Below are positions 48,640-61,929 of a DNA stretch of 64,000 nt, in pieces; positions within the stretch are counted from its first letter, which is position 1; the number at the start of each line of letters is the position of its first letter. The notes beneath the pieces are model-generated. The model did not search any database and was not told the origin of the DNA. It saw only the letters and a program-made list of their open reading frames with translations. The stretch is from Balanoglossus misakiensis (Eukaryota > Animalia > Hemichordata), in assembly GCA_040954595.2 (NCBI GenBank), contig CM082577.2, forward strand, positions 14,143,903 through 14,207,902, in the 5' to 3' direction. A program made the translations under genes and the position numbers.

Positions 48640-48880
48640 TCATGCACAAGTTAAATCATCAACAACTTGATCTTGATAACCTCAATAAGATTCAAGCCAA
48701 ATCCACCAAAATGCATTAATTTCTGACCAGCCACCAACATCGATACCTGTCCACTAAGTTTGGTTCAAATCTGACCCACCGTTTTATGATATCGATGACA
48801 CAGACAGAAAAGAGACAGACAGACAGACAGACAGACAGACTCTTCCCCTATGCGAATACGGGAGTTGGTACGGGCCAGTA
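48640..48880. mobile_element. Possible Helentron-associated (HINE-like) non-autonomous element with a (GACA)n tract
   Basis: AAGTTTGGTTCAAATC motif followed by (CAGA)n, a layout typical of these invertebrate repeats; boundaries not determined. Confidence 0.35.
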
Positions 48881-49560
48881 CTTCTACAAGCCACCATGTA
48901 CGTATTGGATTGATTCTGACTTGTTCATATATTTATGTGCGCCGCTTAAATCATTGACCCTGGAAGGTCTATGCTTAAAATTTATCAAAGGTAAGGGCGA
49001 CCTAAACTTGATCAATCAGCTTTATACACATGAGCTGGAGACGTTGCACATTTATTGAAACGTACATGTAGGTGTTACACAAGGATATCAAGCGGAGATT
49101 TTCCATACACATCAGTTTAATTAATAACTGTGATCGATTATTACTTGTTTTTTGGGGAGTTATCCGTAGACGCTCTGCTCACGGTTTACAAAGTGTTTTT
49201 GTTATATCAAAACTCGAGTATGCCGCAACTGTTTCTGACAGTATCGATAAAGTCAACTTGATCACATATTTGTTGTAAATTTAAAAATAGCATTTTATGA
49301 TTATTCCTATCTTGATCTGTACGTTCAATTAATTTCCTACTGTTGTCTGAAGGGTCCGGATATCTCGCATTGTAATTCTGAAATATCCAATAGCAACAAT
49401 CTTCAAATTTCATATTCCTGGGCTGTCAAAAATGTAAAATTACAAGCATCTTATGTACCATTTAGTAGGGCCAGATTCCCATTTAATTTCATTCCGATGT
49501 TATTTTTACACATACAGCTTAAACAAGTTGTTTCTTAATGAATATATTTTCACCATCTAG

Positions 49561-49705
49561 TTGAAGGTGACATTCGCTTGGTATTAGGAACGGATCAGTA
49601 CAAAGGACGTGTAGAAATATATCACAACGGTCAGTGGGGAAAAATATGTGATGACGGCTTTGATCAAAATGCTGCAAGTGTTGTTTGTCGTCAACTAGGA
49701 TATAG
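49561..49705 (+). CDS. SRCR domain 1, N-terminal exon
   Basis: TAG| (V)[47 protein letters not shown] |GTGAAT; phase 1 to 2. Confidence 0.9.
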
Positions 49706-50102
49706 GTGAATAGAAGATTTGTTATTTTAAAAAAATGGCTTGTGCTATCGAACCACTTTTATGGATGGATTTATTAGTTCTGTACTTCGATATTCACAAT
49801 TCATGCGCACGCACGCACGCTCACATACACTGGGACAGAAAGTATTTTTTGTTTTCTAAACGTTGAATTTATGATCATTATCTACCTAAGTCAGAGATTT
49901 GGAACCGCCTAGTATGTAGAAACACATAATGGAGAAGGAGGTTCATTAGTTCTGTACTTCCAAACACCCAATTCAGGCGGGCGCACACATACACCCACGG
50001 TCGTACACACACGCATGCCACAATGTATATTGGAGGGGGGGGGGGTATATACACTGTTGCAAAAAGTATTTTGTTTTCTAAACGTTGCATTCTCTATTTC
50101 AG

Positions 50103-50278
50103 TTCCAGTTCTGCAACCGCCTATACAGGAGCATATTTTGGAACAGGACAGAATAATCTGATATGGTTGGATGACGTGACATGCAGTGGAAATGAAATGG
50201 TTCTCACTGATTGCTCCAATACCGGATGGGGAATACACAATTGTGATCTCTATGAAGATGCAGGCGTTCTTTGTGCAG
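50103..50278 (+). CDS. SRCR domain 1, C-terminal exon
   Basis: TTTCAG| SSSATAYTGAYFGTGQNNLIWLDDVTCSGNEMVLTDCSNTGWGIHNCDLYEDAGVLCA |GTAAGT; phase 2 to 1. Confidence 0.9.
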
Positions 50279-51513
50279 GTAAGTGATGGAAAGTGAACGT
50301 TTATATGCATGTTAAATAAAGAAACTGAGGCCAGAAAAAGTCACGTGTCCATACAGTTTGTCACAAAGTGTCTATAGTGTTGTGTGTTGTCTTGTGTGTC
50401 CAGTGTTGTTTTTGTGTGGTGGTTTAAGGTTAGTTAGGGTTTGCTGCACGTCTACTTGTCTGAGGTGGTTAGACAGTCAGTTACACATCTTAGCATCGAA
50501 CGGCTTTGACAAAATGAACTCTGCTATGACACACCACCAGTGTGAATTACTGCGCATGGACAATTCACCAGCCCTGGATTACATAATCTGTGCACTGACT
50601 TGGTCTGCATGAATAATTCGGAGGTGATAATTCGGGGAGAAACCAAAACAATAGACAGTGGAGAACAGTGGACAATCATTCTGAATAAATTATTGTAGAA
50701 AATATGTACAGCAATGCACCTGGAAGGTGGTATAAAAGGCTGTGGGCCCATTCTTGAGGGGGAGACTGACAAGACAGCCAGCGGTAGCACTGAGGCACTG
50801 TGTGTATAATCCTACCAGAATCTGACTGCCAGGCCTGTATGGCGAAACTATCACGGTGACGGAGTTTTCCACCAAGTGTGATCACAGACATCCTGTGCGG
50901 CCACGGATCGACCATCTCCCCGATGAAACTGGAAAGACTGCTATATTCTGCGACCCATTTCCCGGAACATTGTCACTACTGAACTCACTGAACTCAACAA
51001 TCTTTCTTAGCAAGGGTAGGGCAAACGTTTGATAACCACCTGTTAATGTCTTTTGTCATGTTTGTACCGTTTCATGTCTTTGTGTTTTGTGTCATATTTC
51101 TTTACTGTGCATACAGTCCACTGGTATTTTGTCTATAGTGGCTGTCCCTGTACAATTCATTGGAATTCAACGATACAATTCTGCAAGTTGAATAAATAGT
51201 CTATGCATAAACGTAATAAAGTTTCTGAGTTTTACGATTCCCGTAGTAAGGGGTCCCCAGCCCAAGAGAACCCAGTCACATGGTCTGAAGGAAAAGCTAC
51301 CTGGTTCTGCCCCTTGTGACATATTTGGTGGCAGCGGTGGGATAGTTTTCATTGAAATTCATATCTTTCGGGGTTTTTTTGTTTATTCCCACCGTTTATA
51401 TCTTGGACACGCAGCGTGGTTCCTGGTATATAACAAAAACTACAAAAGGGGAACAAATTGGCCAATCTTGTAGGTGTTGGTGAATCGTAAACTCAGGGTA
51501 TAATATTTTTAGG

Positions 51514-54500
51514 ATGGATCTGGCTGAAATTAAGAGAGTTGGTGAAGAGATAGGGTTAGGAGGAGACCTTGCTGATTTCATAAAAGAACAACAAACCATA
51601 GCACGAGAACAACAAAAGATAGCACGTGCAGAGAGACAGGCAAAACGAGAAGCTGATAAATTGGAAACTGAAGTAACTTTGCGTACACTAGAGTTTGAAC
51701 AGGAACAGTTAATGTCAGCTGAAAGACAGGCAATTTGAACAAGAAAAATTAGCCATTGACAGACAATTTGAACTTGAAAAATTGAAATGGTTAAAAAGCG
51801 AACCTGTAGAACAGAAGTCGAGTCTAAAATCACCCTCTCGCACTACAGCCAGAATGCCAAAATTACCTGAATTTAATGACGGGAAGGATGATCTGGATGC
51901 ATATCTGATACGGTTTGAATTGTTTGCCAAAAGTCAAGGTTGGGATGAGAATATTTGGGCTATGTGTCTGAGCGCCTTACTGACTGGGAAGGCATTGTCT
52001 GTTTATGCGAGTTTATCAAGTGATGATGCGAGTCAGTATGAGAAAGTGAAAGAAGCGCTGTTTAAACGTTACGATTTAAACGAAGAGGGGTTTAAACGAA
52101 AATTTAGGACATCAAAGCAACAAGCAAATGAAACAGCATCTCAGTTTGTGGCCAGAATTGAGAACTATTTCAAAAGGTGGGTTGATTTGGCAAAAATTAC
52201 AAAATCATTTGAGGGGCTCCAAGACCTTATTTTGAGAGAGCAATTTTTAAATACCTGTGCATCTGATCTAGCACTCTTCTTACATGAAAGAGCACCGTCT
52301 AATATTCAAGAAATGACTATATTAGCAGATAGGCACAGGGAGGCTAGACAAGCCACTTTGGGGAAACGTAGTCAGGCACCCCCTTTACATATTAACTCTC
52401 CAAGTTCAAAGGTAACTATTAAACCTTTTCAAGAATCTAGTGATAAACGAAGTTTGCCAAGGAAATGTTTTAGGTGTGGTCAAGTGGGACATTTGATAGC
52501 CCAATGCAGAAATCCTGTATCTAATCGCCCAACGATAAAGTCAGCCGCACTACAAATTGCACAGAATAAAGAAACTGGGTCCAAACAATCAGAAAATTCA
52601 GCCAAGCAGGTGTCAGCGACTTGCGTAGTTTCAAAAGAGTCAAAAAGTGATAGGCATCCATGTTTGACAGAAGTAAAGGACAGGGTAATGTTAGAATGCG
52701 GACATGAGCTGCCGATCATTAGCGTTGCTAGCATTTCACGCCCTTGTAATTTCATTCACGGTATGCCAGTAGTTGAAGGGGTCATTAACGATAAGAAAAT
52801 TCAAGTTTTGAGAGATAGTGGGTGCAGTGGTGTTGTGGTTAGACGTAATCTAGTGGAGTCGTCTCAGCTAACCGGGAAAGTTCGTACATGCGTTATGATA
52901 GATGGAACCTGTAGGCAAGCCCCAGTAGCTAAAGTGAATATTAACACACCCTATTATCATGGTGAAGTTGATGCATTGTGTATGCAAACACCAGTGTATG
53001 ATGTAATCATAGGTAACATTGATGGAGCTAGAGAGCCTGGGAATCCCAATCCTAACTGGAACAAGAATGATGTGAATCTTGTAGATAGTCTTAAAGATAA
53101 AGAGGGAGACCCCAAAGATAATTTTGAAGTAGTGCAAAGTGTGTAGACGAGGAGTCAAAAGTTAAGAGAGGGAAGGCCAGGGCATCCTATGATTGTACCA
53201 AAGTGTGAGAAAGAAGTTACAGTAGAAGTGCTCAGAGAAGCACAGCAGACTGATGACAGTTTGAAACAAGTTCGTAGCTTAGTGAAGTCAGGTAAAGAGA
53301 GACTAAGTGGGTTAGGTAATGTGTCTCGTTTCATTACGAAAAATGGACTGATTTACAGGGAATTTCAGTCACCTAAAATAGAGCAGGGACGAGTATTTAC
53401 CAAGTTAGTACTTCCTGTACAGTACCGTACGGAGGTGATGAACCTTGGACATGATTCGGTGCTCGCAGGTCACCTAGGTGCAAAGAAAACTACTGATAAG
53501 GTCCTTACACAATTTTATTGGCCCTCCATACACGATGACATATCTTGATATTGCCGTTCATGTGATGTATGTCAGAGGACAAGTCCCAAGGGAAAGGTGG
53601 GTAAAGTACCACTGGGAAGAATGCCATTACTCGATACTCCTTTTAAGAGGGTGGCAGTAGACATACTAGGCCCAATAGATCCTGTTACAGATAAGGGTAA
53701 TCGCTATATACTCACAGTAGTAGATTATACAACCCGTTACCCAGAGGCAGTGCCCCTGAAGAGAATTACAACTGAGGCAGTAGCAGAAGCGTTAGTGGGG
53801 ATATATAGTCGGGTAGGGGTACCAGAGCAGATATTGTCGGACATGGGTAAACAATTTGTATCTGATCTCATGAAGGAAGTTAACATATTGCTTTCAATTA
53901 AACAGTTAACTACCACTCCATACCACCCAGCATGCAATGGGTTAGTAGAACGTTTCAATGACACTCTGAAATCTATGCTCAGGAAAATGAGTACTGAAAG
54001 ATCCAAAGATTGGGATCGGTATGTGGATCCACTGCAATTTGCATATCGTGAAGCCCCACAGGAAAGTTTAGGGTTTTCGCCATTTGAACTTTTGTATGGT
54101 CGTACGGTTATGGGACCTATGGCCATACTCAGACAACTGTAGACGGGGGAAGACACCCAATCTGATATCAAATCCACATATGAGTACGTTCTTGACCTCA
54201 AAGATAGATTGGAGGAGACATGTGAATTGGCCCGTAAGGAATTGGAAAAGTCGCAATCAAGGTACAAATTGCATTTTGACAAGAAAACCAGTGATAGGAC
54301 TTTCAAGGTCGGGGATAAGGTATTGCTTTTACTTCCCACAGAGCATGACAAATTAAAAATGCAATGGCAAGGCCCATACACTGTAAAAGAAAGGGTTGGT
54401 CTGACGGACTATCAACTGGAAGTTAAGACAAGGTTGAAATTATATCATGCTAATTTATTGAAGAAATATGAAGAACGTGGGGAGGAAAAGGATGAGCATG

Positions 54501-56051
54501 AGCCAATTAGTGGCGGTGTGATGGAATGTGTATGTATTGGGGTAATAGAAAGTGAAGAGGTGGATGAGGATGAATGTAATGAAAATAGTGATCAGGGACA
54601 GGAGAATGATTTGATAGAAACTACCTCATCGCTAGGGAAAGAAAGTATTGAGGATGTGCATGTGAATGGAAATCTGAGTGCAGAACAAAACCAAGATGTG
54701 AGAAGAACACTGAGACAATTTGCGCATACACTGACTGACATGCCTCGGAAATCAAAAGTAGGGGAACAGGATATCAAGTTAATATCCAATGACCCTATTA
54801 GGTCTAAACCGTATCCACTGCCATTTGCATTACAAGACAATGTATGTCAGGAAGTTGACAGTATGCTAAAAATGGGTGTGATTGAACCATCAGATTCTCC
54901 ATATGCATCCCCCATTGTCTTAATTACAAAAAAGATGGCACCGTTCGATTTTGTATCGACTTTAGAAAGTTGAACAAAGTCACCACCTTTGATGCAGAAC
55001 CAATGCCAAATTCTGATGAGTTATTTACTAGATTAACCGAGAGCAAATACTTTACTAAGTTAGATCTTACCAAAGGGTATTGGCAAATCCCAATGGCAGA
55101 GGGGGCAATGGACAAAACCGCCTTTCTCAACCCTAAAGGATTGTTTCAGTTTCGGTTTATGCCATTTGGTCTTGTCAATACTCCGGCTACCTTCAGTCGT
55201 ATTATGAGAATATTTCTCAGAGGATTGCAAGGAAGGGTTGAAAATATAATAGATAACATCTTAATACATAACCAGTCATGGGCAGATCATATTGATACCA
55301 TAACGGAAGTACTCCGAAGACTAGATGAAACAGGTTTAACTGCAAAGCCCATAAATGTTACATAGGTTATCAAAATTTGGAATTTGTGGGACATTTGGTT
55401 GGCCAGGGGTTATTGCAAATGCAGCCACAGAAAGTGGAGGCACTTCTTCATGCAGAAAAACCCCGTACAGTAAAGCAAGTTCGTTCGTTTCTGGGAATGG
55501 CCGGCTACTATAGAATATTCATACCAAACTTTGCATCTATAGCAGCGCCACTCAGTGACCTCACTAGAAAGGGACAACCAAAGGTGGTTCACTGGGGTAT
55601 ACCACAGGAGAAGGCCTTTACTGATTTGAAAAGGGCTCTGAGTAACTATCCGGTTCTAAGGCTGCCAGATTTTTCAAAGCCTTTCATTTTAAGGGCTGAT
55701 GCATCAGATAATGGACTGGGGGCAGTCGTCTTGCAAGAACATGAGACCAACAAATTCCCAATAATTTATGCAAGTAGAAAATTGCTTAAAAGGGAGACAG
55801 CATATTCAGTGATTGAAAAAGAATGTTTGGCAATTATCTGGGGTATTTGTAAATTCCAACAGTACCTTTATGGGAAAGAGTTTGTGATTGAGACTGACCA
55901 CCAGCCACTTATCTACTTAAGCCGTGCCAAAGTATCAAAAAGTCGGTTGATGCGTTGGGCTCTGTACTTGCAGTCCTTTCGCTACAGGATTGTTGCTATC
56001 AAAGGTACAGACAATGTTGAAGCTGACTACTTGAGCCGAAGCACAGGGTAA
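51514..56051 (+). pseudogene. gag-pol: Disrupted gag-pol (SCAN-like capsid, CCHC, protease, integrase, RT, RNase H)
   Basis: YEKVKEALFKRY..RKFR..LREQFL; CFRCGQVGHLIAQC; LRDSGC; HDSVLAGHLG, AVDILGP, SDMGKQF, NGLVERF; KLDLTKGYWQ, IIDNI; ADASD, YSVIEKE, ADYLSR. Split by several stops and frameshifts. Confidence 0.9.
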
Positions 56052-56404
56052 AGCAGTTATATTTCAATGAATACCTAAGGTGAGCAAAAGGAAATAGTAT
56101 TTCAGCTTCCCCATATAGCTGTAACTATAGACACCTTTCAGTATTAAGACGAAAATAGTTCCGTCTTTGAAAAGGGAGTAGTGTCACAAAGTGTCTATAG
56201 TGTTGTGTGTTGTCTTGTGTGTCCAGTGTTGTTTTTGTGTGGTGGTTAAAGGTTAGTTAGGGTTTGCTGCACGTCTACTTGTCCGAGGTGGTTAGACAGT
56301 CAGTTACACATCTTAGCATCGAACGGCTTTGACAAAATGAACTCTGCTATGACACACCACCAGTGTGAATTACTGCGCATGGACAATTCACCAGCCCTGG
56401 ATTA

Positions 56405-56768
56405 ATAGAATCTCACACTCCCAAGGACCTGGGATCATATTTCTCACACGAGTTGGGGATTTTCTGTCCCACGCGAGCCGCAGGCGAGTGTGGGACAGAA
56501 TATCCCCGTCCCCCATCACAAATTAGCCAAATTTGTTAAAAAACATTGAATAAATGACTCTAGAACTGTCGTCTGGGCATGTTGTAGTCTCTGTCCCTGT
56601 AATACACATCGCGCCATTGGATAACATTTAGCGCGCGTTTGCAAATGAAGGCTTTTTCAACCAATCAGCGCTCGCGTCATATACAGCTTTCGATTCAGTG
56701 AGAGTGTGAGAACAATTTGTTCTCACACTCTGTTCTCACACTCCAAGCATGCCAGTAGTGTGAGAATA
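56405..56768. mobile_element. 364-bp non-autonomous insertion in the 3' LTR only
   Basis: The 5' LTR reads CCCTGGATTACATAATC; the 3' LTR carries the insert between ATTA and CATAATC (TA duplicated). Internal hairpin TTCTGTCCCAC.CGAGCCGCAGGCGAG.GTGGGACAGAA and repeated TTCTCACAC/GTGTGAGAA motifs. Confidence 0.8.
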
Positions 56769-58210
56769 CATAATCTGTGCACTGACTTGGTCTGCATGAA
56801 TAATTCGGAGGTGATAATTCGGGGAGAAACCAAAACAATAGACAGTGGAGAACAGTGGACAATCATTCTGAATAAATTATTGTAGAAAATATGTACAGCA
56901 ATGCACCTGGAAGGTGGTATAAAAGGCTGCGGGCCCATTCTTGAGGGGGAGACTGACATGACAGCCAGCGGTAGCACTGAGGCACTGTGTGTGTAATCCT
57001 ACAAGAATCTGACTGCCAGGCCTGTATGGCGAAACTATCACTGTGACGGAGTTTTCCACCAAGTGTGATCACAGACATCCTGTGCGGCCACAGATCGACC
57101 ATCTCCCCGATGAAACTGGAAATACTGCTATATTCTGCGACCCATTTCCCGGAACATTGTCACTACTGAACTCACTGAACTCAACAATCTTTCTTAGCAA
57201 GGGTAGGGCAAACGTTTGATAACCACCTGTTAATGTCTTTTGTCATGTTTGTACCGTTTCATGTCTTTGTGTTTGGTGTCATATTTCTTTACTGTGCATA
57301 GTCCACTGGTATTTTGTCTATAGTGGCTGTCCCTGTACAATTCATTGGATCCATCGATACAATTCTGCAAGTTGAATAAATAGTCTATGCATAAACGTAA
57401 TAAAGTTTCTGAGTTTTACGATTCGCGTAGTAAGGGGTCCCCAGCCCAAAAGAACCCAGTCACATGGATTGAAGGAAAAGCTACCTGGTACTGCCCCAGT
57501 ATCATCCCTTGTATCTTACCTTGTGACACAGTTAATCCTGCATCACGAGAACTGCATTTCTGACAAAGTTCATCACAATTGGTTCAGTAACTACTGACTT
57601 GTAGTACTAAATGCAGAGGTTTGTTAAATTATCGAATAAACGGTAATTAACATAACATGTTTTAAAAAGAAATTGGGATGACTGTGAGATAAAAACAATC
57701 AAATTTGTGATGCGGGCGTGGTCCACACCTGCACTTGCGGCAAGTTTTCCCAGCCCAGAGGTGATATCGAGAGATTTTAATCCAAACAATAAGAAAATAC
57801 CTACTGGCTTAGCAAAAAGGGCTTTAATAAAAAATAGACATTGGTGTTTCAAAATATATTCGTATAATAATAGTACATTTCTGCAGCATTTCGATGCTTG
57901 AGCGGGATTTCATGTCACCGGAGATAAACATGCTATGAGTTAAATTTCTACTCCATGAACTAACAAAGCGGCTCGATCCTGTTTTTTTCTTCCAAAATTA
58001 ATGTGGGCCTCCTAAACTTGATCATAGGGAAACCAAGTATGCCAACGGGTATATATAATCTAAGACGACGTAAAATTGAACAAGGCAGTGAAATTGTACC
58101 CACAATCTATACATGTTCTTTTCATGTTATTCATGCAAAATTAAACAAGTAAAGTCAAGTTATTTTCCAATGAATATATTTTCCTTCGACACGCACACAT
58201 CCAGGGCCAG

Positions 58211-58367
58211 TTGAAGGTGACATTCGATTGGAAGGAGGACCATATCAGTACAAAGGACGTGTAGAAATATATCACAATGGTCAGTGGGGAACAGTCTGTG
58301 ATGACAGCTTTGATGATAATGAAGCAACAGTTGTGTGTCGTCAACTAGGATATGTTTATCCAAATGG
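58211..58367 (+). CDS. SRCR domain 2, N-terminal exon (alternative in-frame acceptor at 58205)
   Basis: (V)[52 protein letters not shown] |GTAATT. Confidence 0.88.
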
Positions 58368-58558
58368 GTAATTACAAGAATAATTCTTAAAAATGACTTG
58401 TGCTATTGCGTCCGTGGCTGCATTGAACCACTTTTCTGAATGGATTTATTAGTTCTGTACGTCGTTAGTCAAAATTCATGCGGGTGCACACACGCACGCA
58501 CACATTCACTGTTATGCACAGATAAAGTATTTGAGGTTGAATTCCTGGCATATCTCAG

Positions 58559-58740
58559 GCTATCTTATGGAACTGCCTATGCAGAAGCATATTTTGGAGA
58601 AGGAGCTGATCCCATATGGTTACATGGGGTGCAATGTAGTGGAAATGAAATGCTTCTCTCTGAATGCTCTAAGAATGGATGGGGAACACACAGTTGTCAC
58701 CACTCCGAAGATGCAGGCGTTCTGTGTGCAGGAAACTCTG
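58559..58740 (+). CDS. SRCR domain 2, C-terminal exon
   Basis: CTCAG| LSYGTAYAEAYFGEGADPIWLHGVQCSGNEMLLSECSKNGWGTHSCHHSEDAGVLCAGNS |GTAAGA. Confidence 0.88.
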
Positions 58741-59082
58741 GTAAGATTGTAATCTATGCACGTAAATATTATCAGGATATTATCAGTAAGAAACCCAAGA
58801 ATTATTATTGTGCCACAAAACATGATCTGGGTCACAGTTACATCTAAATCAAATATGAAAGCTGAAACAAATAGAAAATTAAAGACAAAGTAAAAAGAAA
58901 CATTCATCGTGAAAATAAAAATGTAAATTAAATACTTCTTTCTGTAATCCTCCTCGGCAGCCCTAATGCAGTGACATTCCACCTTAATTAATCCCCTTTC
59001 TCCATTTTATACACATACATGTGCATTAAGTAAACCGGTTATTTGCAACGAACCCATTTCTCTTCAATTCGCAAAAATCCAG

Positions 59083-59221
59083 ATTCTGGCATTCGCTTAG
59101 TAGGACCGAATCAGTACATGGGACGTGTAGAAGTATGGAGTGGAAGCGATTGGGGAACAGTCTGTGATGATTCTTTTGATGATATTGCTGCAACTGTTGC
59201 ATGTCGTCAACTAGGATATAG
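59083..59221 (+). CDS. SRCR domain 3, N-terminal exon
   Basis: CCAG| [46 protein letters not shown] |GTAATT. Confidence 0.9.
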
Positions 59222-59393
59222 GTAATTACAAGATTTGTTATTTTAAATATGACTTGTGCTATTGCTTCTGTTAATTCGTTGTACCACTTTTACGGGTAGA
59301 CTTTGCTTTTTTGTAGTTCAATACACACATACATGCACATACACACACGTGCACGAAGGCACGTACGCGCACACATTCACGCACACATTCACG

Positions 59394-60368
59394 CACATAC
59401 ATACATACATACATACATACATACATACATACATACATACATACATACATACATACATACATACATACATACATACATACATACATACATACATACATAC
59501 ATACATACATACATACATACATACATACATACATACATACATACATACATACATACATACATACATACATACATACATACATACATACATACATACATAC
59601 ATACATACATACATACATACATACATACATACATACATACATACATACATACATACATACATACATACATACATACATACATACATACATACATACATAC
59701 ATACATACATACATACATACATACATACATACATACATACATACATACATACATACATACATACATACATACATACATACATACATACATACATACATAC
59801 ATACATACATACATACATACATACATACATACATACATACATACATACATACATACATACATACATACATACATACATACATACATACATACATACATAC
59901 ATACATACATACATACATACATACATACATACATACATACATACATACATACATACATACATACATACATACATACATACATACATACATACATACATAC
60001 ATACATACATACATACATACATACATACATACATACATACATACATACATACATACATACATACATACATACATACATACATACATACATACATACATAC
60101 ATACATACATACATACATACATACATACATACATACATACATACATACATACATACATACATACATACATACATACATACATACATACATACATACATAC
60201 ATACATACATACATACATACATACATACATACATACATACATACATACATACATACATACATACATACATACATACATACATACATACATACATACATAC
60301 ATACATACATACATACATACATACATACATACATACATACATACATACATACATACATACATACATAC
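59394..60368. repeat. (ATAC)n microsatellite, ~975 bp, intronic
   Basis: Uninterrupted ATAC repeats. Confidence 0.99.
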
Positions 60369-60423
60369 CATTGTTGCAATAATTATTTTATTTTCTAAGC
60401 GTTGAAAGCCTTATCCTTTTCAG

Positions 60424-60599
60424 TCGAAGGTTTGGAATCGCCTATGGGGAAGCGCATTTTGGAGAAGGAGCTGGTTACATAGCACTAGATGACCTGAAGT
60501 GTCATGGAAATGAATTGGCTCTCCATTACTGCCCCATTGATCCTAAGGCGATAAGGAACGATTGTAAGCACAATGAGGATGTCAGCGTTTCTTGTTCAG
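60424..60599 (+). CDS. SRCR domain 3, C-terminal exon
   Basis: TTTTCAG| [58 protein letters not shown] |GTAAAT. Confidence 0.88.
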
Positions 60600-61350
60600 G
60601 TAAATAGTGTAAAGTAAACGTTTTAGAGCAAGAGGAAAACACACACAAACTTGCTAGGTAGACGGACAGACCCGTCACATGTGTAAAATTGTGCTACTGC
60701 TGCCGTGCATAAACTCTCTTTGCGACTGTAATATAGTCAGATTTATTGTATAAACGAACTGACCTAATGACTTTTCGTTAATATTTGTGCAATTTGTTAG
60801 TCAGTAATAATTGAATTGCAATGTTTTACAAAAGTGTAATCAAATAGAACAGTCAAAGGCGAACTGTTTGCTTGTGAGGTTCTTGACAACATACTTTATT
60901 TTATAAAAGGCATATTTTGTAATTTGCGAAAAAGATTACCAAAAGATCCGTACCATAAAAAGATCAAAATATCTCCCGGGAGGAAACCCGGAGAATATCG
61001 AAGACGATTAAAAATAGTTTAAGGCAAATCAAAACTTCCAAAGTTCCATACAATTGGGCTATACGACAACATCTTCCAAAAGACCCGCTGGTGTCATGTG
61101 AACTGTCTAGGCCTAATTGTTTCATCTTTATATGCCCGACGCCAACTTTGGCCGAAGCTGTCTGTTTTCATTTTGAGATGCAACTATGTTGATTATACGA
61201 CACTACACATGGGGCGGCTAATTCTAATCAGTTTGGTTTTCAGAGATAAGTCGACTTGGCGAGTGATATGTTATATGTACTATATCCCCAGTTGGTAAAG
61301 GACATCTGATTCAACTATTGCATGATATTTTGCATTCTTCTTTTCCACAG

Positions 61351-61929
61351 CATGCATTATTCTGGAATTTCAGAATGCAGACACGAATGTAACTGCTTCA
61401 AAAGATATTCCGAATCTGGATACCGTGACAGTCTGTATCTGGTTAATAACGACACAGTCTGGGCGGGTCTCACTGGTCTCCTACGCATCTCCTCAGCACC
61501 ACAACGGACTTCTAATGTATTACTCTACGGCCGGCATGCTCCTTGTGATCACAGGCCATTCGATCAGCACGCCGTTAGTGGTGAACACTGGCACTTGGCA
61601 CCACGTGTGTGCCACATGGTCATCTGAGAATGGGGCGTGGGAATACTACGACAACAGCGTCCTCTACCAGAATGGCGATGGCTTAAACTCGGGCGAACAT
61701 ATACCTGGCGGTGGCCGATTAGTTTTGGGACAGGAACAACTCAACATCGGGGGAGGGAACTTCGATACAAATTCGGCACTGGCGACAGGTTGTTTAACAG
61801 GACTGAAAGTGTGGACCACAAAACTGTCTGGGAATGACATTGCTGAGGTGGCAGCGGGAACTTATGAGGGAGGTACTTATAAACCGTGGAATCTTGCTCC
61901 GTTTCTCACAAATGGCCGTGGTGTCTTCC
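61351..61929 (+). CDS. Pentraxin/LamG-like domain exon
   Basis: TTTTCCACAG| ACIILEFQN...TVCIWL...SLVSYAS...WHHVCATWSSENG...RLVLGQEQ...VF |GTAAGT; pentraxin signature H-x-C-x-T-W-x-S; phase 1 to 1. Confidence 0.88.

Larger units (their letters stand above)
50359..57528 (+). mobile_element. Full-length, degenerate Gmr1-like Ty3/Gypsy LTR retrotransposon in an SRCR-gene intron
   Basis: LTRs at 50359-51321 and 56182-57528 (TGTCACAA...TTGTGACA); TSD CAGTT; PBS TGGTGGCAGCGGTGGGAT at 51326-51343 is complementary to the 3' end of tRNA-Leu(AAG/TAG); PPT GAAAAGGGAGTAG; domain order gag-PR-IN-RT-RH. Confidence 0.93.

Noticed and set aside
40047-51343. Array as dedicated primer supply for the neighbouring LTR elements
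   Set aside because: The visible PBSs (40047, 51326, 34948) are Leu-like or His/Phe-like, not TGGTAGCAGAG. The PBS of the element at 1-3013 is outside the window.
59256-60398. Long YIHT/MYVC-repeat ORFs
   Set aside because: Stop-free translation of the (ATAC)n microsatellite.
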